Source: a bacterium (GTDB taxonomy: Bacteria; UBA8248). Taken from it: a stretch of DNA of 64,000 nucleotides. Below are positions 20,161-30,223 of the stretch, piece after piece. The position numbers and the translations under genes were made by a program. Each line of letters opens with the position of its first letter. Position 1 is the first letter of the stretch. Below the pieces are notes generated by a model that saw only the letters and a list, made by a program, of their open reading frames with translations, did no database searches and was not told where the DNA came from. The stretch spans positions 3,072,001-3,136,000 of the forward strand of contig OZ241875.1 in the NCBI GenBank assembly GCA_965203325.1, given 5' to 3'.

Positions 20161-20900
20161 TAGAAGGCCTCCACAAGTCCTTCGGCGCCCTGCACGCCGT
20201 GAACGACGTGTCCCTGGACATCGAAGCCGGGCAGGTCCACGCGCTCATCGGCCCGAACGGCGCCGGCAAGACGACGCTGTTCAACTGCATCACCGGATTC
20301 CTCCGTCCCGACGCCGGCAAGGTGTTGTTGAACGGGAGCGACGTTACGCATCTGCCTTCCCACAAGCTGGTGAAGACGGGGATCGTCCGCACCTTCCAGA
20401 TCACCCAGGTCTTCGGCGAATTGAGCGCGCGCGAGAACGTCGAGCTTGCGGCGCGCTCCCGCGAGGGGCTGAATTTCGATTTCTTCCGAAAGGCCAGCGC
20501 CTGCCGCGAGGCCCGCGAAGACGCGGAGGAATCGCTGGAGGTGGTCGGGCTGATCGAGAAGGCGCATCTGCGGCCCGAGGAGCTGGGACACGGGGACAAG
20601 CGCGTGCTCGAGGTGGCGATCGGGCTTGCGCTCAACCCTGAAGTCTTGCTGCTCGATGAACCGACGGCGGGCATGTCCCGAACGGAGACCGAGCGCATCG
20701 CCCGCCTGGTGCGGCAAATCGCGGAGCGCACGAGCGTCCTCCTGGTCGAGCACGACACGGAGGTGGTTCTCTCGATCTCGGATAAGATCACCGTGATGAC
20801 GCAGGGCCGGGTGATCGCCCAGGGACCGCCCGAGCAGATCAGCCGGGACCCCCAGGTGCAGGACGCTTACCTGGGCGCCGTCGAAGTGGGAGAGGATTGA
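20142..20900 (+). CDS. ABC ATPase, LivG-like
   Basis: GPNGAGKTT, LLLDEPTAG, LVEHD; GTG start at 20142. Confidence 0.9.
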   Translation: MAGAFVVEGLHKSFGALHAVNDVSLDIEAGQVHALIGPNGAGKTTLFNCITGFLRPDAGKVLLNGSDVTHLPSHKLVKTGIVRTFQITQVFGELSARENVELAARSREGLNFDFFRKASACREAREDAEESLEVVGLIEKAHLRPEELGHGDKRVLEVAIGLALNPEVLLLDEPTAGMSRTETERIARLVRQIAERTSVLLVEHDTEVVLSISDKITVMTQGRVIAQGPPEQISRDPQVQDAYLGAVEVGED

Positions 20901-21631
20901 TGCTCAAAGTCTCCTCACTACACGTTCATTACGGGAGCGCCCACGTTCTCCACGGCGTGGATCTCGAGGTGGGCGCAGGCAAAATCGTCTGCCTCATCGG
21001 GCGCAACGGCGCGGGCAAGAGCACGACGCTCAAGTCCATCATGGGTCTCGTGCCCGCCACTTCAGGCGAAATCCTCTTCGAGGAGCAGCGCATCGAAGCG
21101 ATGGCGGCCCACCGGGTCGCCCGCATGGGAGTCGCCTACGTGCCCGAGGACAGGCGGCCCTTTGGCTCCTTGAGCGTGGAGGAGAACATCCGCGTGGCGG
21201 CGCAGGCCAGCCCGAACTCCGACGCAAACGGCGTCAGCGAGGCGTTGGCGTTTTTCCCTGTCCTGGAAGAGCGCGCCAGACAACTGGCGGGGAGCCTGAG
21301 CGGCGGCGAGCAGCAGATGCTCGTGATCGCGCGCGCCCTGGTGGCGCGTCCAAGGCTGATTCTGCTCGATGAGCCGACCGAAGGGCTCGCGCCCAGTCTC
21401 GTCCGCTCCATCAGGGACGGAATCATGAAGACCCGCACGCACGGCCTTTCCATCCTCCTCGTGGAGCAGAACCTCTCCCTGGCGCTGGAGGTGGGCGATT
21501 ATTTCTACGTGCTGAGCCGTGGTTTCGTCGCCTTCGAGGGAACGAGCGAAGAGCTCCTTGCGCGGGAGGACGTAATCGCCGAACATCTGGGAGTCGGCCG
21601 CGTGAAGGAGGCCTTGAGAGCGCGCGAATAA
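20900..21631 (+). CDS. ABC ATPase, LivF-like
   Basis: GRNGAGKST, LSGGEQQML, LDEPTEGLAP, VEQN. Confidence 0.92.
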   Translation: MLKVSSLHVHYGSAHVLHGVDLEVGAGKIVCLIGRNGAGKSTTLKSIMGLVPATSGEILFEEQRIEAMAAHRVARMGVAYVPEDRRPFGSLSVEENIRVAAQASPNSDANGVSEALAFFPVLEERARQLAGSLSGGEQQMLVIARALVARPRLILLDEPTEGLAPSLVRSIRDGIMKTRTHGLSILLVEQNLSLALEVGDYFYVLSRGFVAFEGTSEELLAREDVIAEHLGVGRVKEALRARE

Positions 21632-21702
21632 ATGGCTGCGCCGCGCCGAGAAAATCCCGAACCGCTCCGAGCCGCCCTGAACCCCGTAAAAGAGATCACC
21701 CG

Positions 21703-22665
21703 TTGCTTGCCTACGTGCTGGAGGAGAACGGCCCCTCTTTGAAAGAGGTAGCGCGTCCCGAGCCCCTCGCGGATGAAGCCCTCATCCGGGTGAGTCTTGC
21801 AGGCATTTGCGCCACGGACCTGGAGCTCATTCGCGGGTACATGAATTTCCGGGGCGTGCTCGGCCATGAGTTTGTCGGCGTGGTGGCGGGGCCGGAGGCG
21901 CACCCGCTTTTGGGACGCAGGGTGGTGGGCGAGATCAACTGCGGATGCGGGGATTGCCCTTGGTGTGCCCGCGGTATGGAACGGCATTGTCCCGAGAGAA
22001 GCGTCCTGGGCATTCTCGATCGCCCCGGCGCTTTTGCGGAATACACCTGCCTGCCGAGTCGGAACCTGCACGTTCTTCCCGACGCCGTGGAAGATGAGGC
22101 GGCCGTTTTCTGTGAGCCTCTGGCCGCCTGTTTCGAGGTGATCGAGCAGTTCCCCGAGATCGTGGAGCGCGAGGTCCTGGTGATCGGAGACGGGAGGCTC
22201 GGTCTCTTGCAGACCCAGGTGTTGCACGCCGAAGGATCGAGGGTGAGTCTGCTGGGCCGCCACCCGGAAAAAATGGCGCTGCTCGCTTCACGTAAGATTC
22301 CCGTTTGGAGCGATCCCGCGCAGGCCGTCTGCTCCGAAGGAGAGAAATGGCCCGTCGTGGTCGAGGCCACAGGCGCTGCGGAGGGCTTCTCCCTCGCCGT
22401 TTCGAAGACGAAGCCTGGAGGCGTGCTGGTGCTCAAGAGCACGGTGGCCTCCGAAGCTCGCCTGAATCTCTCCGCCGTCGTGGTGGATGAAATCACGGTA
22501 CTGGGTTCGCGCTGCGGCCTTTTCTCGCCCGCGATTCGAGCGCTGGAGACGGGCGCGGTTCGCACGTCCTTGATGGTTCATGGCCGCTTCTCCCTGCGAA
22601 ACGCGCCCGAAGCATTTGAAAGAGCCCGCGAAAAGGGCATAATCAAGGTGCTGCTCCGGCCCTAG
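21703..22665 (+). CDS. Zinc-dependent medium-chain alcohol dehydrogenase
   Basis: GICATD, GHEFVG, CGDCPWC..HC. Confidence 0.88.
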   Translation: MLAYVLEENGPSLKEVARPEPLADEALIRVSLAGICATDLELIRGYMNFRGVLGHEFVGVVAGPEAHPLLGRRVVGEINCGCGDCPWCARGMERHCPERSVLGILDRPGAFAEYTCLPSRNLHVLPDAVEDEAAVFCEPLAACFEVIEQFPEIVEREVLVIGDGRLGLLQTQVLHAEGSRVSLLGRHPEKMALLASRKIPVWSDPAQAVCSEGEKWPVVVEATGAAEGFSLAVSKTKPGGVLVLKSTVASEARLNLSAVVVDEITVLGSRCGLFSPAIRALETGAVRTSLMVHGRFSLRNAPEAFERAREKGIIKVLLRP

Positions 22666-22739
22666 GTATTATTTGTATTTTAGTGTAGAATGGTAAGTCG
22701 ATATTGCTTCATAGGGTGTTGCTCGTTAAGGAGCATGCG

Positions 22740-23636
22740 ATGAGAGGCCTCATGGGGATGGCCTTGATGGTATGGCTCCTTGCTTCGGCTTGGAGCATGG
22801 AGGCGTTTGCGGCCGCGCCGGAGACTCCCGAGGCGATAGAGCAAAGACGCATTTCCCGCCTCGTCTCCCATCTCAGGCGACTGGAAAAGCCTAAAGATTG
22901 GCTGCTGGTCCGCAAACTCTTCTCCTCGGATTCGAACGTCCAGCTCAACGCCCTGTCGAACTGTCCGCTGCCGGAAAATGAATGGCCCTGGTATCTATCC
23001 TCCGATCATCTGAAGAATTACGCTTTTTCAGTGGATTTCATCCCGCTCAACATGGATGCGGACAAGCGCCTCGAAACCCTCATGGTCATCCAGTCGGATC
23101 ACGCCAAGGACCACTACATCACCTTTTGCCTGATGGATGACGACAAGAGCGCCCGCAAGCCGCTCGCCTCCTACAGCGACATGAGCCGTGGGCGGGAGAT
23201 CACCTACCAGGTAGCCGATCTGACGGCGGACGGGTCGTATGAGTTGATCGTCAATACCCGCGAGGGTTCGGACGGCCGCTATTCCGACGCCGTGCGAGTC
23301 ATCAAGCCGACTTCGGAGAACCGCTTCGATCTCATGTGGTTCGCACGCCTGCAAGATGAGTTGAAATGGCCGAAAACGTACGTGGACGACGCGAGAAGCC
23401 GGGCTGTCCAACGGCGTGAAGATCTGCGGGCCAAGGTTCGTTTTCGCTTTAACGGACCGGGAAACCCCGTCACCCTCATTCTCAAGGGGGAGAGGAAATA
23501 TGAGGAGCAGATTTCCAGCCTCAAGGGTGGAAAAGATAAAAACGAGATACTAATCGAACGTTTTCCCATCGAGGAATTCTGGCGGTGGGATAAAGCGAAG
23601 CTGCGATTCGTCCGTGTTTTCGACTCCAGACAATAG
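22740..23636 (+). CDS. Exported hypothetical protein
   Basis: Signal peptide; DLTADGSYELIV and NMDADKRLE resemble DxDxDG calcium-binding loops. Confidence 0.6.
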   Translation: MRGLMGMALMVWLLASAWSMEAFAAAPETPEAIEQRRISRLVSHLRRLEKPKDWLLVRKLFSSDSNVQLNALSNCPLPENEWPWYLSSDHLKNYAFSVDFIPLNMDADKRLETLMVIQSDHAKDHYITFCLMDDDKSARKPLASYSDMSRGREITYQVADLTADGSYELIVNTREGSDGRYSDAVRVIKPTSENRFDLMWFARLQDELKWPKTYVDDARSRAVQRREDLRAKVRFRFNGPGNPVTLILKGERKYEEQISSLKGGKDKNEILIERFPIEEFWRWDKAKLRFVRVFDSRQ

Positions 23637-23668
23637 AAAAAGTATATCCGCTTTTCCGGAAAGGTCGT

Positions 23669-25216
23669 GTGAAACCCTTGAACCCACCTTGCCCGGTCAT
23701 GCTCATCGTTCTGGATGGATGGGGATTATCCGATGAGCGCGCGCACAACGCCGTCGCATTGGCCGATACCCCGACCATGGATGCCCTGCTCGCGAGCCGT
23801 CCCCACACCCGCCTGGTCACTTCGGGACGCGCCGTGGGACTTCCCGACGGCCAAATGGGCAATTCCGAGGTGGGTCATCTGAACCTCGGCGCGGGCCGTG
23901 TGGTGGATCAGGACATCGTTCGCATCGACCGCTCCATCGAGAGCGGCGATTTTTTTGAGCTCCCCCCGCTCGTCGATTGCGTTCAAAAGGCCAAAGAGAG
24001 AGGCGGCGCCCTGCACATCATCGGCCTCGTATCGGACGGCGGCGTGCACAGCCTCCAGGATCACGGGGTGGCGCTGGCGCGGCTGGGGAGAAAAACCGGT
24101 GTCGAGCGCATCTTCGCGCACGCCTTCACCGACGGGAGGGATACGCCGCCGCGCTCGGGACTGGAATTCGTCCGCCGCTACGAGGAGAGCTTGAGCCGGG
24201 AGGCAGGGGCCCGACTCGCCACCGTCATTGGGCGTTACTACGCGATGGACCGGGACAGGCGATGGGAGAGAAACGAGCGCGCCTACAGGGCCATGGCCGC
24301 AGGAGAAGGCATTCATGCTCCGAGCGCCGCCGGGGCGATAGAGGCTTCCTATGCGCAAGGCGTGACGGATGAGTTCATCGAACCGGTGGTGCTCACCGAC
24401 AGCGGGCGTCCGGTGGGCTTGATTCGAGACGGCGACGCCGTGATCTGTATGAACTTCCGCGCGGACAGGGTGCGGCAAATCACCAGCGCCTTCACCGATG
24501 AAGGGTTCGACGGCTTCGACGTCTCGGGCGGACCCGCGGTCCATTACGCCTGCATGACGGAATACGACGAGCGCTTCACGCTGCCCGTCGCGTTTCCTCC
24601 CCTGAGGATGGAGGGCCTGTTCCGCCACGCCCTGGCCGACGCGGGGCGGACGTGCCTGAGAGTCGCCGAGACGGAGAAATATCCCCACGTCACGTATTTC
24701 TTTAACGGCGGCGAGGAGGAGCCGTCCCCCGGCGAGAGGCGGCACATGGTTCCTTCGCCCAAAGTGGCTACTTACGATCTAAAGCCCGAGATGAGCGCAG
24801 AAGGAGTAACGGAAGTGGTACTGGACGCCATCGGGCGGGGTGAGGATGACGCTATCGTATTGAACTACGCCAACCCGGACATGGTGGGACACACGGGTGT
24901 CGAGAGCGCCGCCGTCCAGGCCGCCGGTTTCGTGGACGCTTGTCTCGGGCGCGTTCTCGAAGCGCTGGAGGGCGCGGGCGGGGCGGCGGTGGTGACGGCG
25001 GACCACGGGAATTGCGAGACGATGTGGGATGCCGGGAACGATTGTCCGCACACCGCGCACACGCTGAACGAGACGCCCTGCATCGTCGTCGCCCCCGGAT
25101 TCGAGGGTCCTCTCAGAGCGGGCGGCGCGCTTTGCGACGTGGCGCCCACCCTGCTGGGGTTGATGGGGGTCACCCCGCCTCCCCAGATGACGGGTGTGGA
25201 TTTGAGGATTCTCTAG
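23669..25216 (+). CDS. gpmI: 2,3-bisphosphoglycerate-independent phosphoglycerate mutase
   Basis: LDGWG, QMGNSEVGH, AETEKYPHVT, ANPDMVGHTG, TADHGN. Confidence 0.96.
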   Translation: MKPLNPPCPVMLIVLDGWGLSDERAHNAVALADTPTMDALLASRPHTRLVTSGRAVGLPDGQMGNSEVGHLNLGAGRVVDQDIVRIDRSIESGDFFELPPLVDCVQKAKERGGALHIIGLVSDGGVHSLQDHGVALARLGRKTGVERIFAHAFTDGRDTPPRSGLEFVRRYEESLSREAGARLATVIGRYYAMDRDRRWERNERAYRAMAAGEGIHAPSAAGAIEASYAQGVTDEFIEPVVLTDSGRPVGLIRDGDAVICMNFRADRVRQITSAFTDEGFDGFDVSGGPAVHYACMTEYDERFTLPVAFPPLRMEGLFRHALADAGRTCLRVAETEKYPHVTYFFNGGEEEPSPGERRHMVPSPKVATYDLKPEMSAEGVTEVVLDAIGRGEDDAIVLNYANPDMVGHTGVESAAVQAAGFVDACLGRVLEALEGAGGAAVVTADHGNCETMWDAGNDCPHTAHTLNETPCIVVAPGFEGPLRAGGALCDVAPTLLGLMGVTPPPQMTGVDLRIL

Positions 25217-25318
25217 CGTCCCGGCGTTGCCCCTCTCGCCCCGTTCGGCGAGTATGGAGAGCGGCGGGGAATTTGGCGGTTTCATGGTGAGGAAACACTC
25301 ATTCGGGAGGAGACGGGC

Positions 25319-25999
25319 GTGAGTGAAGGAGTCCCCGATTTTCAGGCGTTGCGCGCGATGTATCACCAGGAAGTGGAAGGGCTGAGCGACGCCCGGCTCG
25401 ACTGGGAAGACCCGTCAGAGGAATGGTCGCGCTGGAGCATCAGGCGGCAGGTAAGCCACGTTGCGCTCGCCTATTTCTTCTGGTGGGTGAAGATGTGGGG
25501 CAAAACCCTCTGGCCGGAGAACCCGCCGGAAGACCCGGTGGATTTCACGAAAGCGGCTCCCAATCAGTACGACCGCAGGCTGGATGAGGAGAAATACTGG
25601 CGGCTCGAGGATTTGCTGCCCAAGTTCGATGAGGCGATTCATTTCGCCGAACGCGCCGCCCAAGGAAAGACGGAAGATGAGTTGAAATCGCTCTCCATCA
25701 CCCGCTCGTTCAAGCCCGAATTGCTGATGGGCGATACGGACCTGCCGGTCTATCGGTTCTGGATGCACGTCTCCACGTTTCACGACGAGGGCCTCGCACA
25801 AGACCCCGAGGATGAGACGAAATTCACCTACACGCTGGCGGGGATGCTCCGGCAGATGTATTGGGAGGCGCTCGTACATTTGCGGACGATTCATCGCCTG
25901 AAGCTCAAACAGGGGCTCACGCCCGTCGCGCAGATACCGCGCGAGGGCTTGTTGCTCGATCCATTCTTCTGGGGACCCGAGGATGAACCCAAGATGTGA
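25319..25999 (+). CDS. Hypothetical protein, DinB-like
   Basis: WSIRRQVSHVA and EALVHLRTI resemble DinB helices; GGAGG upstream. Confidence 0.55.
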   Translation: MSEGVPDFQALRAMYHQEVEGLSDARLDWEDPSEEWSRWSIRRQVSHVALAYFFWWVKMWGKTLWPENPPEDPVDFTKAAPNQYDRRLDEEKYWRLEDLLPKFDEAIHFAERAAQGKTEDELKSLSITRSFKPELLMGDTDLPVYRFWMHVSTFHDEGLAQDPEDETKFTYTLAGMLRQMYWEALVHLRTIHRLKLKQGLTPVAQIPREGLLLDPFFWGPEDEPKM

Positions 26000-26034
26000 G
26001 GGCGCGCGCCGCCCGCTTATTTGAGGACCTTCCC

Positions 26035-26835
26035 ATGCCGTTCGTAACGCTGGAATCAGGCGTAGAGATTTTCTATGAGGCCCAGGGAGAGGGGCCGCCT
26101 CTCCTGCTGGTGAGCGGAACGGGCCATGACCACACCTTCTGGTCGGCGCAACTGCCCTTGCTGAGCGCGGATTACCGCTATATCGTCTTCGACAACCGGG
26201 GGGTGGGCAAGAGCACGGCGCCCCCTCCGGGATATTCCCTGGCGGACATGGCGGATGACGCCGCGGGCGTTCTGGACGCAGTAGGGGTCGAGCGCGCCCA
26301 TGTGATGGGTTTTTCGATGGGGGGTCACATTTCCACCGAGCTCACGCTTCGCCACCCCGGGCGCGTCGTCAGCCTGGGGCTCCATCACACCTGGGCGAGG
26401 AACTGCCCGCGCCTGGGTTCTTTTCAGCGCGCCCGCATGCGCTTCGCCGCACGCGGGGAGCGCGAGGCGCTCGTGGAACTGAGCCTCCTGGGGCTTTATT
26501 CCCATGAATTCTACGATCGGAATGCCGAGCTTATGGAGCAGAAAAGGCAGTGGCTCACCGAGCAATCCGGCGTCGACCTCGGCTGGGAGGGGCAACTGCG
26601 CGCCTGCCTGGAGGGGGACACACTCGAGCGGCTTCACCGGATACGGGTTCCCACGCTCGTCACCTGTTCGGATCGCGACCTTATCGTCGACACCCACCAC
26701 GCGAAGGAAATCCACGAGCGCATCGAGGGGTCGAAGCTCATCATCATGGAGGGGACGGGTCACGTGGCGCTCATCGAGCGGCCCGACGAATTCGCGCGCA
26801 TCTGCCATGATTTCCTGGCCTCTTTGCCGCCGTAA
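26035..26835 (+). CDS. Alpha/beta hydrolase
   Basis: FDNRGVGKS, GFSMGG, GTGH. Confidence 0.88.
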   Translation: MPFVTLESGVEIFYEAQGEGPPLLLVSGTGHDHTFWSAQLPLLSADYRYIVFDNRGVGKSTAPPPGYSLADMADDAAGVLDAVGVERAHVMGFSMGGHISTELTLRHPGRVVSLGLHHTWARNCPRLGSFQRARMRFAARGEREALVELSLLGLYSHEFYDRNAELMEQKRQWLTEQSGVDLGWEGQLRACLEGDTLERLHRIRVPTLVTCSDRDLIVDTHHAKEIHERIEGSKLIIMEGTGHVALIERPDEFARICHDFLASLPP

Positions 26836-26992
26836 TAAGGGATCAGCCGAGCCGCCTTGCCCGGCTCCCGGAAAGTGCCTGAAGCCGCCGCCTGTTTGAC
26901 AAACGGCTTGGGCTTGAGGCAAGAAAAAACCGGTTTTATCCTCATGACTCATCGAACCGTACGGTCTTGGTATTCGGAAAGCGAGGTGCGCC

Positions 26993-27643
26993 ATCCTCAG
27001 GAAGATTTTCGGCTGGTTCACGCAAAAGGACGACCCCCCCTCCGGGGGTGGGCCTCCTCCTGGGGGCGGCGGCTTCGGTTTGCCCATGGCCCCCGACCAG
27101 GTGGAGCAGGAGGCCCTTTTCGCCGAAAAAATCGAAGCCCACGGCAAGTGGCTGCAGAGTTCGGGCGCGCGCGGGGAGCGCGCGGATTTTGCAGGCGCGA
27201 ATCTCGAAATCATCAGCCTTTTCATGGTGAATCTCACCAAAGCGGATTTGCGCGAAGCGCGTCTCGCGGGCGCCAATGCGCAATGGGCGAACCTGGACGG
27301 TGCGGACTTAACGGGCGCCAATCTCGAAGGAGCCGATCTGTTCCAGTCCAGCCTCGAGGGCGCGAACCTCACCGGCGCGCGGATGGCCGGGGCGAACATG
27401 ATGTCGGCGGGTCTCAAGTTCGCGGATTTGACGGGCGCAGACTTGAGCGGAGCCGACCTGCGCGGCGCCTCGCTTCAGCGGGCGAAACTCGGGGGCGCGA
27501 ACCTGGCGGACGCGCTCATCGACGACGCCGATCTGGAGCTTGCCGACATCCGGGGCGTCGACCTCTCGGGCGTGAAGGGGCTGACGCCCGAGCAGGCCGA
27601 AGGCGCGCTCAAGGACGGGGAGACGCTCTTTCCGGATGTGTAA
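26993..27643 (+). CDS. Pentapeptide repeat protein (start ATC 26993, or 27080/27086)
   Basis: Tandem A(D/N)Lxx repeats, HGKWLQSSGARGERAD. Confidence 0.85.
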   Translation: MLRKIFGWFTQKDDPPSGGGPPPGGGGFGLPMAPDQVEQEALFAEKIEAHGKWLQSSGARGERADFAGANLEIISLFMVNLTKADLREARLAGANAQWANLDGADLTGANLEGADLFQSSLEGANLTGARMAGANMMSAGLKFADLTGADLSGADLRGASLQRAKLGGANLADALIDDADLELADIRGVDLSGVKGLTPEQAEGALKDGETLFPDV

Positions 27644-27710
27644 GGCCTATCTCCGGGATATTTCCTTGCGGCCGTAATGGAAGTGAAATGCTGAAAAGGC
27701 GTTGATTACA

Positions 27711-28142
27711 TCATGTGAGCAGAGGCTCGACTTCTGAAGAAGATACGAGTTCTTTAATCAGCCCGTAATTGAGGCGCTGGTTCTCCCGCTTGAGATTTGG
27801 GATTTCTTTTTCGACGAACTCATTGATTTCAATGGGGATTCGTTGAGGATTCTTATCCCCGTAATTTATCAGAAGCCCCATGAGTTTTCCGCTGTTCTCC
27901 CCGACGAATATACTTGTCGTATCGTTGCGCTTTTGCTCTATGGCTTTTTCGTTGTCGATGTAATGGAACGTGAGCTTCATTTTTTCTTGTTCTTCATCGG
28001 TATTCACTGTGAGTGATTTCGGAATATCGAACACGGACAGTGAAATAGATATTTTGACGCCGTTGATGTTTTTTTTCACTTCCTGCGCTTCAAGGAGATG
28101 ATGGAAGTTTTCTGAATCGAGTATGATGGTTTTTTCCGTCAT
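27711..28142 (-). CDS. Low-GC hypothetical protein (143 aa)
   Basis: Open frame from MTEKTIILD; visibly AT-richer than neighbours. Confidence 0.6.
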   Translation of the reverse strand: MTEKTIILDSENFHHLLEAQEVKKNINGVKISISLSVFDIPKSLTVNTDEEQEKMKLTFHYIDNEKAIEQKRNDTTSIFVGENSGKLMGLLINYGDKNPQRIPIEINEFVEKEIPNLKRENQRLNYGLIKELVSSSEVEPLLT

Positions 28143-28252
28143 TGGGTTTTCTTCCCTTTCCGGGCCCTCAATACGCAGGCAAGCTATATTCTGAATGTAT
28201 ATGTGGGGCATAAAGAAAACAATGGTAGCTGCAAGAGGTGGTGCGGTTTTGT

Positions 28253-28441
28253 CCGTCATTCCGGCGAAAGCCGGAATCCATTTGTTTTGTCTTTTGTTTT
28301 TTTATTTTTCTGATTGGTTTCCGCGAATGACGAGGAGATGAAAAGCTGGCGTATTGTCATTCTGCTTGAAAATGGATTCCGGCTTTCGCCGGAATGACGG
28401 TGGTGGTGAATTCCGAGCGAGGAGGGGTTTTTCAACAACCC
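28253..28441. repeat. Inverted CGTC-type REP-like pair plus TTTTTCAACAACCC motif
   Basis: 28-bp unit at 28253-28280, reverse complement at 28373-28400. Confidence 0.88.
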
Positions 28442-28548
28442 TGCATTTGAAGGTATTGTTGCCTTCTTTCCATTCTCCCATCTTTTTCTTTTACAAGATT
28501 CGGTTTATGATAAATTTTTTGGGAAATAACGAGCAGGAGTGATTCGGC

Positions 28549-29643
28549 ATGCCGCAGACGACGCAAACCGTGGATCAGGAAGTCGATTTGGTGGAGTACT
28601 ATTTTGAGGAGGGATTCTCGGACGGGCTTCCCGTCGTCCCGCCCACGCCCGAGAAGATAGACGCCGCCGTCGCGGCCCTGGGCGGAGATAAAGACTACAT
28701 TGAGTGCCGCGTGCCCCCGCGATGGGGTAACCTCACGAGAGAGGTTCTGGCGATCAACATGGTGATGGCGGGGTGTAAGACGGAATACGCGCCCGTGGTC
28801 CGCGCGGCGATGTCGGCGCTTTGCGACCCACACTTCAACCTGAACGGGGTGCAGGCCACCACCCACATGGCGTGCCCGCTCGTCGTGGTGAACGGCCCGG
28901 TTCGCGGCGAGATCGGCATGAACGCGGGCTGCAACGTATTCGGCTCAGGCAACCGCGCGAACGCGACGATAGGCCGCGCGGTGCGGATGATGCTCTTGAA
29001 CGTGGGCGGCGCGTGGCCGGGCGATCTGGACAAGAGCACGCTGGGCTGTCCCACCAAATACACCTACTGCATCGCGGAGAACGAAGAAGCCAGCCCCTGG
29101 GCGCCCTATCACGTGGAACAGGGCTACGCGCCCGAGGATTCCACGGTCTTCGCCATCGCGGCCGAAGCGCCCCACAGCGTGACGAACCACATCTCCGATG
29201 ATCCCGAGGGGGTCCTCGACAGCATCTGCTCGGCGATGAGCACGATCGCGCACAACAATTCGGTGAGCAGCGGCTCGTGCGCCGTCGTCATCAGCCCCGA
29301 GCACGGGGCGACCATCAGTGCGAAAAACTGGACGCGAAACGACGTGAAGAGCTATCTGTGGATGCACACCAGGAACACGTTCGCCGATATCTCGTTCAAC
29401 CACCGCTACGGGAAGGTCTACAACCGCAACATCCCCAAGTGGTACAGGCGCGAGCCGGACGAGAGAATCCCCATCGTTCCCAGTCCCGAGAACATCCACC
29501 TGTTCGTGGCGGGCGGGGATGCGGGCCGTTTTTCCGCCTTCATTCCCGGCTGGGGCCACATGACGAACCCGGTGCTTCGCGCAATCGACGGCAAGACGCT
29601 CGAAGGCGGACCCGTCTGCGTGGACGGCACCTGTCTGCTATAG
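28549..29643 (+). CDS. Conserved hypothetical protein of the type that accompanies UGSC (seleno)proteins
   Basis: SDGLPVVPPT, AINMVMAGC, GNRANATIGRAVR, AENEEASPW; C-terminal CVDGTC. Confidence 0.75.
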   Translation: MPQTTQTVDQEVDLVEYYFEEGFSDGLPVVPPTPEKIDAAVAALGGDKDYIECRVPPRWGNLTREVLAINMVMAGCKTEYAPVVRAAMSALCDPHFNLNGVQATTHMACPLVVVNGPVRGEIGMNAGCNVFGSGNRANATIGRAVRMMLLNVGGAWPGDLDKSTLGCPTKYTYCIAENEEASPWAPYHVEQGYAPEDSTVFAIAAEAPHSVTNHISDDPEGVLDSICSAMSTIAHNNSVSSGSCAVVISPEHGATISAKNWTRNDVKSYLWMHTRNTFADISFNHRYGKVYNRNIPKWYRREPDERIPIVPSPENIHLFVAGGDAGRFSAFIPGWGHMTNPVLRAIDGKTLEGGPVCVDGTCLL

Positions 29644-29669
29644 AGATTTGGAGAAAACGGGAGGAAACC

Positions 29670-30212
29670 ATGAGTGACGTCATCACCGGCCAGGTCGTCT
29701 ACGACCCCCGAGGGGTGGTCGAGGCAGCGGCCCAACCCACCGCGCAGCGCGTCCGGGATTTGAAGGGTCTCAAGCTCGGCGTCCTGGACAACACGAAGTG
29801 GAACGGGCGCAGGCTGCTCGAAAAAACCACGGCGCTGATGGAGGCGGAAGGCCCCTTCGCCGAGGTGCGCTACTACAAGAAAGAGAGCTTTTCCAAGAAC
29901 GCGGCGCCCGAGTTGATCGCGCAAATCGCGGAGGAGAACGACGTCGTCCTGACGGCGATCGGCGACTGAGGCTCCTGCACTTCGTGCTGTATGCACGATG
30001 CGATCTCCCTGGAAGAAAAAGGGGTGCCCACCGCCGTGGTGGTGACGGAGGTCTTCCTGCACGAAGCCCATGTGCAAAGGGCGGCTTTGGGCATGAACGG
30101 CCTCGACCCGGTGGTCATCCAGCACCCCCTGAGCACGCTCTCGGATGAGGAAATCTCCGCGCGCGCGGGCGATGCGGCTCGCCAGGCGGTGAAGATTCTG
30201 CTCGAAGGCTAA
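29670..30212 (+). CDS. UGSC-family selenoprotein, 180 aa, Sec100 (TGA 29967-29969)
   Basis: GGGAGG then ATG 29670; read-through gives VLTAIGD-U-GSCTSCCMHDAISLEEKGVPT, in frame with ORF 29991-30212; hairpin follows. Confidence 0.9.
29976..30002 (+). promoter_or_regulatory. Candidate bacterial SECIS hairpin
   Basis: TGCA-ct-TCGTGC[TGTAT]GCACGA-TGCG; loop starts 19 nt after TGA with G second. Confidence 0.75.
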
Positions 30213-30223
30213 TTCGGCTTTTC

